A stretch of 64,000 bases of DNA from Felis catus (Eukaryota): the NCBI RefSeq assembly GCF_018350175.1, contig NC_058371.1, forward strand, positions 161,758,001 through 161,822,000, given 5' to 3'. The number at the start of each line of letters is the position of its first letter. The stretch's first letter is position 1. The notes under the pieces are model-generated. The model saw nothing but the letters and a program-made list of their open reading frames with translations, ran no database searches and was not told the DNA's origin. Shown here piece by piece: positions 34,750-47,129 of this stretch. The translations under genes were made by a program, and so were the position numbers.

Positions 34750-37700
34750 TCGTGCCTTTGTTTTGGGGGTTATCTAGGCGAGGTTGCCCTGGCTTCTATC
34801 ACGCACACAAAAAGGCTCGGGCTTGGCGGTTCGAGGAATCACTTGCAAAAAACCTGCCACCTCCGCGTTCAGGGAAGGTTCACCTCCGCGGGTTCCCTCC
34901 TGCCGCTTTGGGCTGACCTTACTGCCGCCCTGGGGTTGAGCGGGGCCTCAAATCCTGTGCCCAAGGCGCGAGGCAAGAGAAGGTACTGGGAGAGAACGAT
35001 TCTGCTCGCGAAGGAAAGGGGGCGCTGACGCTCCAGGAACCAGACCGGGCCGAGTGGGGCTTCCAAGTGACAGAGGGGGGAGGGGAGCGCGCTCACCTTC
35101 CCCGCCTTCTCTAATTTTGAATTCTCCCGTAGGATTGAGGGGGTCGTTTTTTTATCCCCACCCCCACTCCACCTACACTCTCGGAGCGGCTAGGGCGGCC
35201 AGCTTGGGCCTGGAACGTCGGACAGCCATCACCTCCTTCATCGGGAAGGTGGACAGGGAACAGCCGGCAGGAAAGGGTCACAGAAAAGGGCTCCGAGGGA
35301 TCTCGCACTTAACTGGGATGGGGTCCTGGGGTGTCAGGCTCGGGAAGACGCCTGGGGCTGGGCTAGGGGCCCCATTCCCCCAGCTCTTCTGCGCGCCCGC
35401 CTCTCGTGCATCTTCAGTTCGGGCGACTGCACTGCTCACTATTACTTCCACATGTTCCTTCAGGAAATCATTGAAGGCAAATATATGAACGGCCCCTTGT
35501 TCGGAATGCTAACAGGATACCGTAATGTTTGTAGATAATGAACCGGGACGCACGACCCCCAAAAAATCACAGTGCGGAATAATGGACAAGGCGGGTGCTG
35601 GCTTTCATCTCATTAATAAAAACAAGTGAAGTCGAAGTTTTTATAGCGACTACCCAAATGAATAGGAGACAAAGTAGGGAGGCTGCCCGAGAAGGCCCGT
35701 TAGGCTCTGCGAAAGGGCCCGCCCGGTCGCGTCGGGGTCTCCTGAACACAGGGCTCCCCGCCCACAAATGGTAACTTCACAGTTCATTTCAGAGATGCTT
35801 CAAGGAGCCCGAAAAGCAGGCTGGGCGGGAGTGTCTTCGGGTCGTAACTCCTCGCGAGTTTGAAGCATGGAGAACGCATGAGCAAGTGAGCAAGCACCCA
35901 GTTGTCCTTCTGGTAGTAATTACCTGCCTAATTTGAATGATGCCTTTGTTATGATCATTAACAAACATTTGCTAAAGGTTTCCATGTGTGACATTCCTGA
36001 AGGTTTAAAGGCCTGGGAGGCTGACTCCCGGGATAGCGCACCGGTGGGGGGTGGCGCAGGGAAGCAAATGGTTGGGGCATCACTTCGCCGAGTCTGGGCC
36101 GAGCAAAGACGGAGAGAGGTCAACATCTGCTTCCCCTGCAAAAGCAAAATAAACCCAGTGGTCGGGAGGAACCAAAGAGGCGGTTCGTGCCTTAAAACGC
36201 GTCCTGCCCTTGCAGCCACCACCCACCCGCGCCTCCCACGGCTCATAGGCGGGTTTGAATCTTGCCGTCCGCCCTCCGCCGCGGCTCCGAGCTTTCGGGA
36301 GAGGACGGGTCTGCCGCGTAGTCAGCCCGGGCGGTGGGGGGGGGCGGGGCGGGGCGGCGGCGGCGGGGGGGGGGGGGGCGGCGAGCCGCCCTCTACCCTT
36401 GTTGTTCTAAGATCCTTCCAGATTGCTCCCTGGGCGCCCGGGGTCTTGGGTGGTCCTGGAGCGGCCGCGGGCCAGAAGTGCCGCCGGCCAAGGCGGACGA
36501 CGAGGTCCTTTCTCCTCTCCCCCGGCTCCTGCCCCGGGCACCGCGGGGCACCGGGCCACCCGGCGCGCGCCTAGCAGTGACTTTCGCGGACGTGGGCAGC
36601 TGTGCGAAGGTCCCAGCCCGCCCCCGGGTTTTTATTTTAACCTCTCGTGTCTCTTCCTTGTGGGATCATCATGGGGTTAAAAATGAGAATTTTCTCCCCA
36701 AACCGGGAGTCCGGGGTTGGGGGTGGGGGGTTGTTGAAACCTTCTGGGAAGGAGGCCTAACTCGGAGTTGAGCTGGGTCGAGAAGTTTGGGGAAAGCCGG
36801 TGGGAGGGGGTGCGGGGGGGGGCAGAGAGCATGGCCGTTCTGGCGTGGCCTCGCGCGTCTAGGCCCGCAGGCGACATAAAATTGGGTGCAAGGGTGTAAA
36901 AGGGGTGAAGTAGAACCAGCCATCAAAAAGAAGGCCCCGCAAACTTCGCACAACCAAACCAAAATGGTCCCTGAAAAGAAACAAAAATCGCCCCCCACCC
37001 ACCCACCTGCCCTGCCCCGGGGCTCGCTCCTGCGGCCCCCACCCCTCCGCAGCCTCGGCCTCCACGCCGGGAGGCACACCTTCGGCTCTCGGGGGCGTTT
37101 CCCCGCTGAGCTGGTTTTTTGTTTCGCCTCTACTCCCCCGCCCTCCAGCCCCACCCCCAATTCTGCTTTCCTCCGGGAATTCAGAGGGCCCTTTTGCTTT
37201 AGAAGACTTGGGGTTGTAGTAGTTATCAAAGCCGTTAAGTTGTGCAAATCACAGTTAAACAAACTTATGATCCCCCACCCCGCCCCCCAATGAAGTCGAC
37301 GGGACGGGGGCACATTTCTAGCTTCATAGTCTGAAAATGAAGGGCCGTTTGGTGGTTTGAAAAAGAAAACGGCGCTAACTGCCCCTTCCCCCCCCACCCA
37401 CCCCACCCCGCCATCAATACTTGCCAGCGCCTGGAAAAGCCGCCTCCCAGGGCCCCGCGAAGGGACCGCTCAGGGGAGGCGTGCGGACGTGGCGCACAGT
37501 TGCGGGGTCCCCACGGGGAGACCGGGCGAGGACTCCGCCCTTGCCTCGGGTCTGCCCCAGCTGAGGCTTGGAAGCTTGCTGCCAGCGTCCTTGCACGCTC
37601 AGGATGCAGAGAGGCCCAGGTCTTGGAAAAGGAGGAGGAACAGTTCTCCAAAAAGGTTCAGACTGGCGTGTATAACTTGGGGTGACAGTTCTCCGTCCAG

Positions 37701-37930
37701 GACCCCCGGCGCACCTCCTCTCCTTGGCGGTTGCTGGCTAGCTAAGGGTGCAGCGTCTCTTCTGGGTTCCTGGGGTCTCTCTCTTTCTCTCTCTCCGAAG
37801 ATTTGTGTCCAGGGAGAAATGGAAAGCAGTTCCCCGTGGCTGACGACCACCAGGCAGCCTGCTTTGGGACCTGAGGCCCCCAGACTGTGCGCTCCCCTTT
37901 GTGGCCCAGCCCAGGCGGGCCTCCGCTCCT
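34750..37930. promoter_or_regulatory. Upstream CpG island
   Basis: High GC and CpG, GC-box arrays at 36330-36385, no SINEs; boundaries judged by eye. Confidence 0.85.
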
Positions 37931-39131
37931 GAGAGCTGGGAAAGATGTGGTAGGACTGAACCCCTCTCTGGATCTGGATTTTAGAGTACCCTTTCCTAGG
38001 GAGAGACCCCCACTTCCTTCACCTCGGGATATTTTTGGCTTCCCTCCCCGCCCCCTTGCCTCTGCTCCTTAGGATTTAGCTTTTAGTTACTTTTAATTTG
38101 AAACCCTACGTGAGGGGAGGGAGAGGCATTGAAGCGATTGGGAGGTCTGCTCTTTATTAGGGGCCTGAGTGTCCAGCTTTCCAACACACAGCTGCGTTTA
38201 GGTCAGGCTGACTGAAGAAAGGGCCTTGTCCTCTGGGAGTCCCAGGAGTAGAGCAAGACCCTGTGATGTTTAAAAAAAAAAAAAAAAAAAAAATCCAGCA
38301 GAGGCGTTGTGATAGTGGAAAGCCACAGGGACCCGTGTCCCACAGTGACATTAAGTGTGGTACATAAGTTTCAATAAGGGCAACGTTATTTAATCGAGGC
38401 ATTATTCTATTTAATCCCTGAGGCAACCCTGGGGGTTGTGCGAGATTACCCCCGTTTAGCAGAGGAGCAAACAAAGTCAGAGGGGGTAAGCAATTTGCAT
38501 ACGGCCCTACCAGAACCTGCCTGGCCACGTCCCAGTTCCAGGTACTGTGTAATCTGGTGAAGACTGGTCATGTTTCTGAGCCTCAGTTTCCTTACTTGCA
38601 CACATAGGCATAAGGTCTGCATTATGTCCCTGTTTTCCTTCTTCAGGCTTTTTCACAGACATAATGACTGTCGCGCCCGTTGCCAGGTCCCTTGGATTGG
38701 CCTCAAAAGCCGGGCGAAAGCCAGTCTAGTTTTCTATTTCGTATCCTCAAGGAGGGGGCGAGGCACATCTGGATTCTCAGCTATTACTCCCCAGTGTCTG
38801 AGGTCCTCCCCAAAAAAGGGGGCCCCGGGCGGTAGGGCAGAAGGAGGGGGAGGCAGGAAGGATAAAGAGAGCGACCAAAAATGGGAGACAGGCCTGGCAT
38901 CACCAACCAGAGGGTCTGCAGGAAAGCGGAGGCCTTGGCATGGGGAACTTGAGGTAAGGATCCATGAGGGAACCCTCTGGGTGTCTTGTGGGGCTCTGCA
39001 CCTGACGCCCTGCCCTCACTTGGAGAGGATGCCCCTGGGAGGGCAAAGTGTCCCATGCACGCACCTCTCGTGGCTACCCTCCCCCAGCAGACTTCCCCCT
39101 AACCTTGGTTTTGGAAGAGTTTCTTTTTCCA

Positions 39132-39230
39132 TTTTTTTTAAAGTAAGCTCTGCACCCAACATGGGGCTTGAACTCATGACCCAGAGATCAAGAGTGGCAT
39201 GTTCTACCGACTGAGCCATCCAGGTGCCCC
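39132..39230 (-). mobile_element. Short old Can-SINE
   Basis: ...gagatcaagag...ctgagccatccaggtgcccc. Confidence 0.88.
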
Positions 39231-39299
39231 ACTTTTCTCACTTTTTAATTCATCAAAATTTCATGGTGTCCACTAATCAGAATTTCTTCTCAGCTTTGG

Positions 39300-40400
39300 A
39301 GAGTTGGTTCATTGATTCAAGAAGCATTTGTTGAACATCTGCCTTGTGTCTGACTCTGTTAGGCATTGGGGATACAGTAGTAAGCAGAATGGATAGGGTC
39401 CTTGCCTTCAGGGAAGTTGCTAGAATATTCTTGTCTCGCCACCAAAGTTTCCTCCATTGCAGCCTCCCTGATGAGTATTGAGAGAGCACTCACTGGACCA
39501 ACACTCATTTCTCTGTGAGACTCAGACGGCTAGGGAAGCCAGACAGACTAAGCGTAGTTTTGAATCATGGGCCACAGAACCTTCCCCAACTCTCCAGCCT
39601 GTGTACAACTGGGATCTCCAGCCTGTGCTGGGAGAGCTCCAATGCAACGCAATATATTCTTACTGAGCCTAAGATGCCTAAGACTCTGTGCCAAGTGGTA
39701 AGGACACAGCCCTGCCTTCATGGAGTTTATACGCTAGTTGAACAAACAATTCAACATACAGTTGCACCACAGTGCTGTTAGCAAATTTTAGAGGAGCACA
39801 GCGATGTGGAGCACATATGAGGAGCCTAACCCAACTTGGGGGCCAGTGAGGACTTCTTAGAGAGAAGGGACATCTGCTCTTTGAACCTAAGAGAAATGAC
39901 AATCTAGCTGGGGGGGAGTCTCATGCGCAGGGACTTGGAGGTGAGAGACAGCACAAGGTAATCAGAAGTGAAAGAAGTTTGGAATGGCCGGAACTTGGAA
40001 AAGGCCAGATGGGGAGGAGCAAGAAGGAGGGCAGATCATGGGGCCTTCCAGGTCCCGTTGAGTCTGGACTTAATGTTAGGGAAGTGCCAGAATTGGTTTC
40101 CGGAAGGACAAGACTGGAACAGAGCAGAATTTTAGGCAAGATCAGACTGAATGAAGCCAGAAGGCAGGGAGGCTACTGCTGTAATCGGGCAAGAGAGGAT
40201 GCTTCCCTTGCCCCAGGGTTAACAGCAGGGGTTTGAAGAAAGTGAATGTGAAAGGGACAAATAGAATGCACATCCCCCCCAGCTGGGGTGGAGGGGGGAA
40301 GGGGGGGGGAGTGAAGCCTCTGGTTTAGGCCATAGCTGGTGTTGTTGACTCAGTTGGGGAACAAAAGGAACCAAATTTGGGAAGGAAAACATTGAGCCCA
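39300..40400 (-). mobile_element. L2 fragments
   Basis: ttcattgattcaagaagcatttgttgaacatctgcc...ggggatacag; ORF2-like purine-rich remnants. Confidence 0.6.
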
Positions 40401-40928
40401 CTCCTAAAGATGATACATTTGAAAACCTCAGGAAGGCAAGAGTCAAATGAGCCGAAAATCCAGAACGAAGTGTTGAGTAACTCCCAACATTTTCTGGTGG
40501 GCAAAGAAGCAGCTGAGAAGGAATAGCCGGCAATCTTTATCTCTTGAATATTCGGCTCTCAGCTCTGAATCCAGACAATGGATTGACTGGGAGTTGGTTG
40601 AATTAAAAGAGCCGGCTACACTTCCCATCTAAATCCAACAGTATCAATTGTGGCCGAACATATCTGCTGGCTTTGTATTTGAATGCGGATAAACATTCTA
40701 CGAAACCGTGAGAGCTTTAATTATGAGATGAATGGCAATACTAGATTCTTGTTTCCATCATTCACACTCTTAGATGTACCTTTGTATCCACATTTGGATT
40801 TGAATCACCAAAAGACCCAAGAGAGGTTGAAGCCGTATTCTTGTCCAAAGGATCCTCAGGTACTAGCCCTCTATCATTCACCCCCAGCCCTTACCAGGCA
40901 CTGGAGAGACTGAAGTAGGGCTCATTTT

Positions 40929-40940
40929 CGGGGGGGGGGG

Positions 40941-40972
<32 letters not shown>
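40929..40972. repeat. G-run followed by (AT)n
   Basis: Direct. Confidence 0.9.
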
Positions 40973-40975
<3 letters not shown>

Positions 40976-41039
40976 ATTTCAGTGACAAAGATTACATACT
41001 GTCCCCTAGTAATCAATGTCTCTTCCTTCTCAGTAATTG

Positions 41040-41463
41040 AGACTCTGATTTTTTTTGTTTCCTGGGACAAAACCTTTCTTTCATGTCTCTCTTGCAGCTA
41101 GATGTGGTCATGAGGAAAAGCTCTGGCCAGCGGCAGATGAGCTGAAGCTGTGGGTCCAACTGCCAACAAATGTCCCTAATAGTAGAGGGCGCGTTCTTCT
41201 CAATCTGGTCTTTTTGTTGAATGGAAAGCAGATGTATGACCGGCGCTTCGGCAGCCATCTTAGACTATGAGGCAACCTTGAAAATGGAAACCATGCACTA
41301 TGGTGTAGTACATGGAAGGTCTGCAACCTGTGAAGCTCCGAACAAACCCTGAGAGACTCCCTACTATCTTCTTGAAAATGTAGGCAAAACAAAATTCTAG
41401 CTCATTACGCCTCTTATTTTGAATTTTTCTGTTACCGGCAGCCCAGCTTGAGGCTAACTAACA
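41040..41463 (+). mobile_element. MaLR solo LTR (MLT1-like)
   Basis: gcagctagatgtggtcatgag..., gcagccatcttagactatgagg, ttttctgttac...ctaactaaca. Confidence 0.7.
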
Positions 41464-42574
41464 AAATCAGAAAGCGTTTGTTCATTCTAGCTCCAATCAC
41501 CTTCACTCAAAACTGAAAACTGTCTGGGGATAGAAGGGCTGAAGCACGTACACAGCTGTATGACATCCCCATTAAGCCTACCAAGACCTGGACGTGTCCC
41601 CGCTGACGTGCTGACATTAACAACATTCCTGTGGGACCTAAGTGTGTGTGTTTTACAACACGCGATTCAGACATGCTACCTACTCAATTTGTCTTTGGAA
41701 AGTCAGCGCTTCTAGAAAAAGGACTCTGAAAGAAACAACAGGAAGTAGGCATGAGTTCTCCTCCCCCACCCTTTCTCCTGGTCTCCTATTTTCATTCCTC
41801 ATTAGGGTCCTGTTCTTACCCTTAATTACATTCTTACAGTCTGCACACTTCTGGCCTTCTCTCTTTGCTGCCTCCAGATCCTTAACATACTTACGTCCTT
41901 GTTCGGTTTTTAACCGCTTTAAAGATGCCCTTGCCGAGAGGTAAACTTCACGCCCACATTTTGAGGTAATAAAACGATCCTGCAGGTAAACAGCCACGGA
42001 GTTTAGGTCAACTTCCACCACCAGGCCCTTCCTTGGCAGAGATGCAGCCCCACGAGGCAAGGAGATGATGATTTCCGATTGACTCAGGAATTTAATAAGA
42101 GAACTTGAGTTTCTCCTCGCCCTGCTCTATATCCATAGCTGCAAACGTGCCAAGGTATTAGGGCTGCTCCCGACCCTCCACGCAGGTATCGCTGAGTCTT
42201 TAAGCATATATTCTTCCAGCTCATAATGAGTGAAGGGATCCCTCATAGCCCTAAGAGAAGAATGGAAACCAGGTTTCTTCTGTGGCCTGTCTCCTTAGCA
42301 TTCAGGACATTGTCAGTTGACAAATGTTTATTCAGCAACCCTGTGCCAGGCATGGTGCGAGACTCTGGGATGCTGTGGTAGAGAAACAAACAAGACCTCT
42401 GCTCTCTGGGCTCGGCTTCTGGGGGGCTGGGGGGAGACAGACAGAAAACAAACCAGGCCCTGATTAAATGGCAGATGTGACACGAGCTCTGCTGTCATCT
42501 GGTGACCCACGAGCCTATCATAGGAAGCCAGAGCTGGTTCCATACCTCAAGGAATCATCCCTGAGGAGGTGATA

Positions 42575-42768
42575 TTTATTTATTTTTAAATGTTTTTTTA
42601 TTTTTGAGAGAGAGAGAGAGAGAGACAAGCAGGGGAGGGGCAGAGAGAGAGAGAGGGAGACAGAGGATCCGAAGCAGGCTCCAGGCTCTGAGCTGTCAGC
42701 ACAGAGCCGGGTGCGGGGCTCGAACCCACGAACTGTGAGATCTTGACTTGAGCCAAAGTCTGATGCTT
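42575..42768 (-). mobile_element. Can-SINE (5' end truncated or rearranged)
   Basis: TSD cctgaggaggtg. Confidence 0.92.
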
Positions 42769-43493
42769 TGAGGCTCCACCTGAGGAGGTGCTGTTTAAAG
42801 CTGCATGCAGTTCTGACGAAAGTGGCTATGTTCTGCTATTATTTTTAAGTCATTCAGTAAGTTAGGTCCCACGAGAAATGTTTTGTTTGGGGCAGGTAGA
42901 AAGACAACAAAACGAACTCTGCTGTTTCTGGAAATGGCAGTTCTTGGTGCCCCGAGGAACGGTAACTTTCTGATACCAAATCACAGAATGATTGAACACA
43001 CTCATCTAGGGGATTGTCCTTGTTCAAAAGAGACCCTTCCGCTCCCTTGAGATTGGCTATCATGAAATTTGAATATAACGGAGATTCGTGACAAAGCCAA
43101 ACCTGGTTCTTCTATCATCCTGAGGGTGGGGCTGTCTTGCGGAGATAAGAGGAAGGCGTGCTGTCATCCAACTCCCTGAGCTAATGTTTCACAGGCTGAC
43201 AATGACAGAATGATTGCCTTTGATTAAAGCACGTTTTCAATTATCCACTGGGTACATACAGCCTATTAGATAGAGTTTGCATTACAAAACAGAGAACCCA
43301 AGGCCCATCGAGGATAATACAAAATGTTACCAGTTCCCTTATTGTGTGTGCATTTGGTTAATTATTGCATTGCTCCCTGAGTGTATTTATGAAATGACTT
43401 CACTGACTGATAGACGTCTAAGTCATTAACTCCAATGAAACCAAGAAAAGCCAGACCCCTGGCGGAGTTCTACCTCTGCCCGACTGTGACTTT

Positions 43494-43512
43494 GCGCCAC
43501 TAGAGGGCGCAA
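43494..43512 (+). promoter_or_regulatory. CTCF motif (about 9.5 kb upstream of the TSS)
   Basis: GCGCCACTAGAGGGCGCAA, near-perfect consensus, in repeat-free sequence. Confidence 0.85.
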
Positions 43513-44737
43513 GAGGCCGACTCAGAATCCAAGTCCACTCCGCAAGTCCACGTTAGTGCCGGAAAAAGAAGCCAAGGGTTCCCGAATACTCTGGAGAGGA
43601 ACCAGCTCAGGGCCTCTCCCTTCCCTAAGACTCCCCGGTCACCCCTAGAAACTGGTTCAGTTCCAGGCCAGTCCTCAGCAAGCCGGAGATTCGTCTCGAA
43701 GGTCTGACCCCGTCTGGGCTCATCCTCAGAACACTAAGGTTTGTGTGTCAGTACAAGGGGGAGGGGGGGAGGGCACAGGATGCAAGGAGCACTAACCACA
43801 GCCAGTTTCCATCCCGCGCCTGAGGACTTCAAAGAGCTAACTCAGGACCTGCGCTTCAGTTCAGCTCAAATTAAAAGGTCTAAAATTGGCACCTGTAACA
43901 AATATCAGTGCCCCATCACATTTAGTCTGCATTGACTGTTGGAATTCTCAGACACTGAAACAACAATTTTACCTGCCGGTAAGGAATATCGTAGTACATT
44001 TTGCACGTATTACCCCAAGAACAGGGTTTGGACAGACTGTCCTGCACTGCGGAGCTAAAAGGTTTAATTTTCCGAGGTTCTCTTATGGAAATGGCCCTCT
44101 GAAAGGGGCAGGCATGGAGGAAAATACCTCTGATCCAATAGTTTTCCACGGCAGCCCTGTGAAAACCCTGATATTATTACTGTGGGTGAGCCCCGTTGTT
44201 CGCTTGGGAAACAGTGAGGCCAGTTGAACAAGAGTGATTTATCCGATTAAAAAAAACACTCATGCTTTTATGGCTGAGTCATGTTACTACGGACACAGAT
44301 GACAACAGACACACTTATCTCTAAGAAGAATTTTGATCGTTGAGATCCAATACCTATTTCCAATTTAGTTGAGTTCAGGCAAGATTGGGATGACTTCAGG
44401 TCTTTGCACTCAATGCTCTGCCCCAAACCCATCTTCTACCAAATTCAGAGCACAGTAGCATGATTGTAAATTTGATTTCAGATGTATTTCAGTACTCCTT
44501 GTGGTAATCAGAGACACGCCAGACTGTCACACGAAAGGTAAAGAATGACTTCTATAAATGAAGATCCCTGAGTCACCTGAATTTCCCAGTGACAGAAGCT
44601 GGGGTAAATTTGACAACTCTGGCATAATTAACTACTGTCTCTGTGGGTCCCAAACTGGTTATGCATCAACAATTCTGATGGTGTAACCTAATACCTAGCC
44701 TACTAAACTATTATTGCAGGTAAAAATTCCCATTATA

Positions 44738-44889
44738 GGGGCGCCTGGTGGCTCAGTTGGTTGAGCATCCGGCTTCAGCTCAGGTCATGATCTGGAGGTC
44801 CGTGAGTTCGAGCCCCGCGTCGGACTCTGTGCTGACAGCTCAGAGCCTGGAGCCTGCTTCGGATTCTGTGTCTCCCTCTCTCTCTGTTC

Positions 44890-44949
<60 letters not shown>

Positions 44950-44977
44950 CGTCTCTCTCAAAAATAAACATTAAAAA
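44738..44977 (+). mobile_element. Can-SINE with a long (CT)n microsatellite
   Basis: (CT) of about 23 units at 44893-44938. Confidence 0.95.
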
Positions 44978-46880
44978 GTTTCTTTTTAATTCACATGTTA
45001 TTCTGCCCACTTAAAAAAACGAGTTGTCTATAGCTGTATAGAGTTGAATCTTTAAGTTTTGACCCACTATTTAAATGAGATTGAGTGTATTTCCAAATAA
45101 AAGACAACTTAAAAGTGCAGACTCACACTTCAGATAGTGGTTATCTTATCTGCCTATCTGAGTGCTGTCTGCTTTCCCTCAAACCACCAATAAAACCTGA
45201 GAAAGTGGAACTGGCCATTCAAGAGTTCCCTGCCCCACCCCACCTGGATGACTGAGGAAGAGCCGGTCTGGTGGGTACTGTGGGTATTGCCTACTATTTG
45301 GTCTTTGAGCACCGCGATCTTGCCAAGATGCTCGGCTAAAATGCACAGCCCTGTCCATAACCATTGATAAGTTTCCTTCTAAAGCTGTGTGGCAAATAGC
45401 TCATCCTTACCCCACCATCACGCCTACCATCCAGAGGATGAAGGCCAGCGGTGTCTACATATTACCTGAAGGGTGGATGAAAAACATTTCAGTGTTTCGG
45501 ATACTCTCAAATCCAGACGCTGGAGGTACAGGTCACTTTCATTTCAGTTTTTCTATTCCACTGTTGCGACCCCCATGCTCCCATGCCGTTTTCCACCTTC
45601 CAAAAGTGTTCCTGAATCTGTGAGCTCATCCGATGTCCCTCACAGCCGTGGGCAAAAGGAACAGTGACACAGACACTGAGTAGGAGAGGTTGCTGATTTA
45701 TACAAGCCGTCATTCCCAGGTAGGGGAAGAACGGACACCCTCCCGGGTCCCAGCAGTGGTTTCCCCACCACCATCATGCTCTTTGCAGTTAGAAAGAGTC
45801 TATGTGGACATAACAGGGGTAGAGTTGCGAACCAAGAAACTCAGAAGTAAAATGTTTTTTTCCTCCTGGAATCTGAGTGGGGTAGGTTTTCATGTTCCTG
45901 GGCCTTTTTCCTATTATTATGGTTCACACTATATAAATGCCACAAACTTCTAGAGGCATTTTGAAGACGTTCTATGTGCAAAGCTGGGTGTTATGCTGCC
46001 AGGAAGAGACACCAAAGAAATTTCAAGAAATAGAACGCTATCCCCAGAAGTTTAAAATCTATGTGTTAAGAAGCACACATTAGCGTATGAACAAATGCGG
46101 TGGGTCATTCATTCAAGTCCCCGGGGTTGGGGCTTGGATGTGGTCGGAGCCATGGGGATTTTTGTGGGAAGCAAGATGTAAGCTGTCACCAGGTCAGGAT
46201 TCAACTCACCCAATTCAAGCTACTTCTCTAAACCTGCTCCTTGACCTGCATTCCCTCACTTGTTGATATCACAGTCCAAAAGGTCCCTCCAGCCTGGGCA
46301 TTATCCTTGACTAGCCCGTCTCCCCATCTCTCCTCTAGACTGATCACAGCCTCCCAACTGCCTGTCCCAACTCCAATAAGATCAAGTTCCAGAACCTTTG
46401 GCACAGCCTGCAAAACCCACCATAAAGGGTCCTGGCTGCCCCCCCACCCCCGCCAGCTTCACCTGGTATGACATCTCTGTCTGCACCCAGCACTTTCAGC
46501 ATGACAGACACCCAGCACCCCGTTGTCTGAGCCAGACCCTAGACGACTCAGAATACACTCTTGCTTTCCTCCCGTCTTCATGTTCTCTGGGTTCCTTTCC
46601 TTTTATTTCTGGTAAAAGTCTTTTCTTCCATTGCGGCTAGCTATGACTAAAGGGGAAGAGAAGGGAACTTTCTACTTTCTGGCTGAGAGACGAGTATAGG
46701 GATATCCCTGTGGCCTCCCCGGGGGCAGAAGTTTGCATGTTAGATCCAGAACTAAGGGAGTGGGGAGCGATTGGAAACAGACAGTAAAATCCCGGGAAGA
46801 AATGATCTCATTGTGAATGAGAATGTTCCCCGTTTTTTCTCTTCACAGAATCTCTTAGGTCTGACAAGGCCGTAGATGAG

Positions 46881-47027
46881 TTTTTTAGGTTGTTTTTATT
46901 TTTATTTTTATTTTTTTTTAATTTTTATTTTTTTGCTCCACATCCAACATGGGGCTAGAAACCAAGATCGTGAGATCAAGAGTTGCACGTCCTACCAAGC
47001 CTACCAACTGAGCCAGCCAGGCACCCC
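46881..47027 (-). mobile_element. Short old Can-SINE
   Basis: TSD aggc(c/t)gtag(a/g)tg. Confidence 0.85.
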
Positions 47028-47129
47028 GAGGCTGTAGGTGTTCTGAGTCATTTTGACCTTCTTCACGTCCCCTGAGATCAGCCTTGTACCCAGTGGAGCT
47101 GCTGGGAAGCCTTGATTTACAAACTATGG

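Noticed and set aside
29184-37932. Many 100-245 aa ORFs on both strands
   Set aside because: Low-complexity Pro/Gly/Arg/Ala products of CpG-island composition; mostly GTG/TTG starts and no recognisable domain
41175-41195. CTCF-like agtagagggcgc in the MLT1 LTR (also gccacagagggcag near 17524)
   Set aside because: The 5' CC[AG][CG] part of the core does not match
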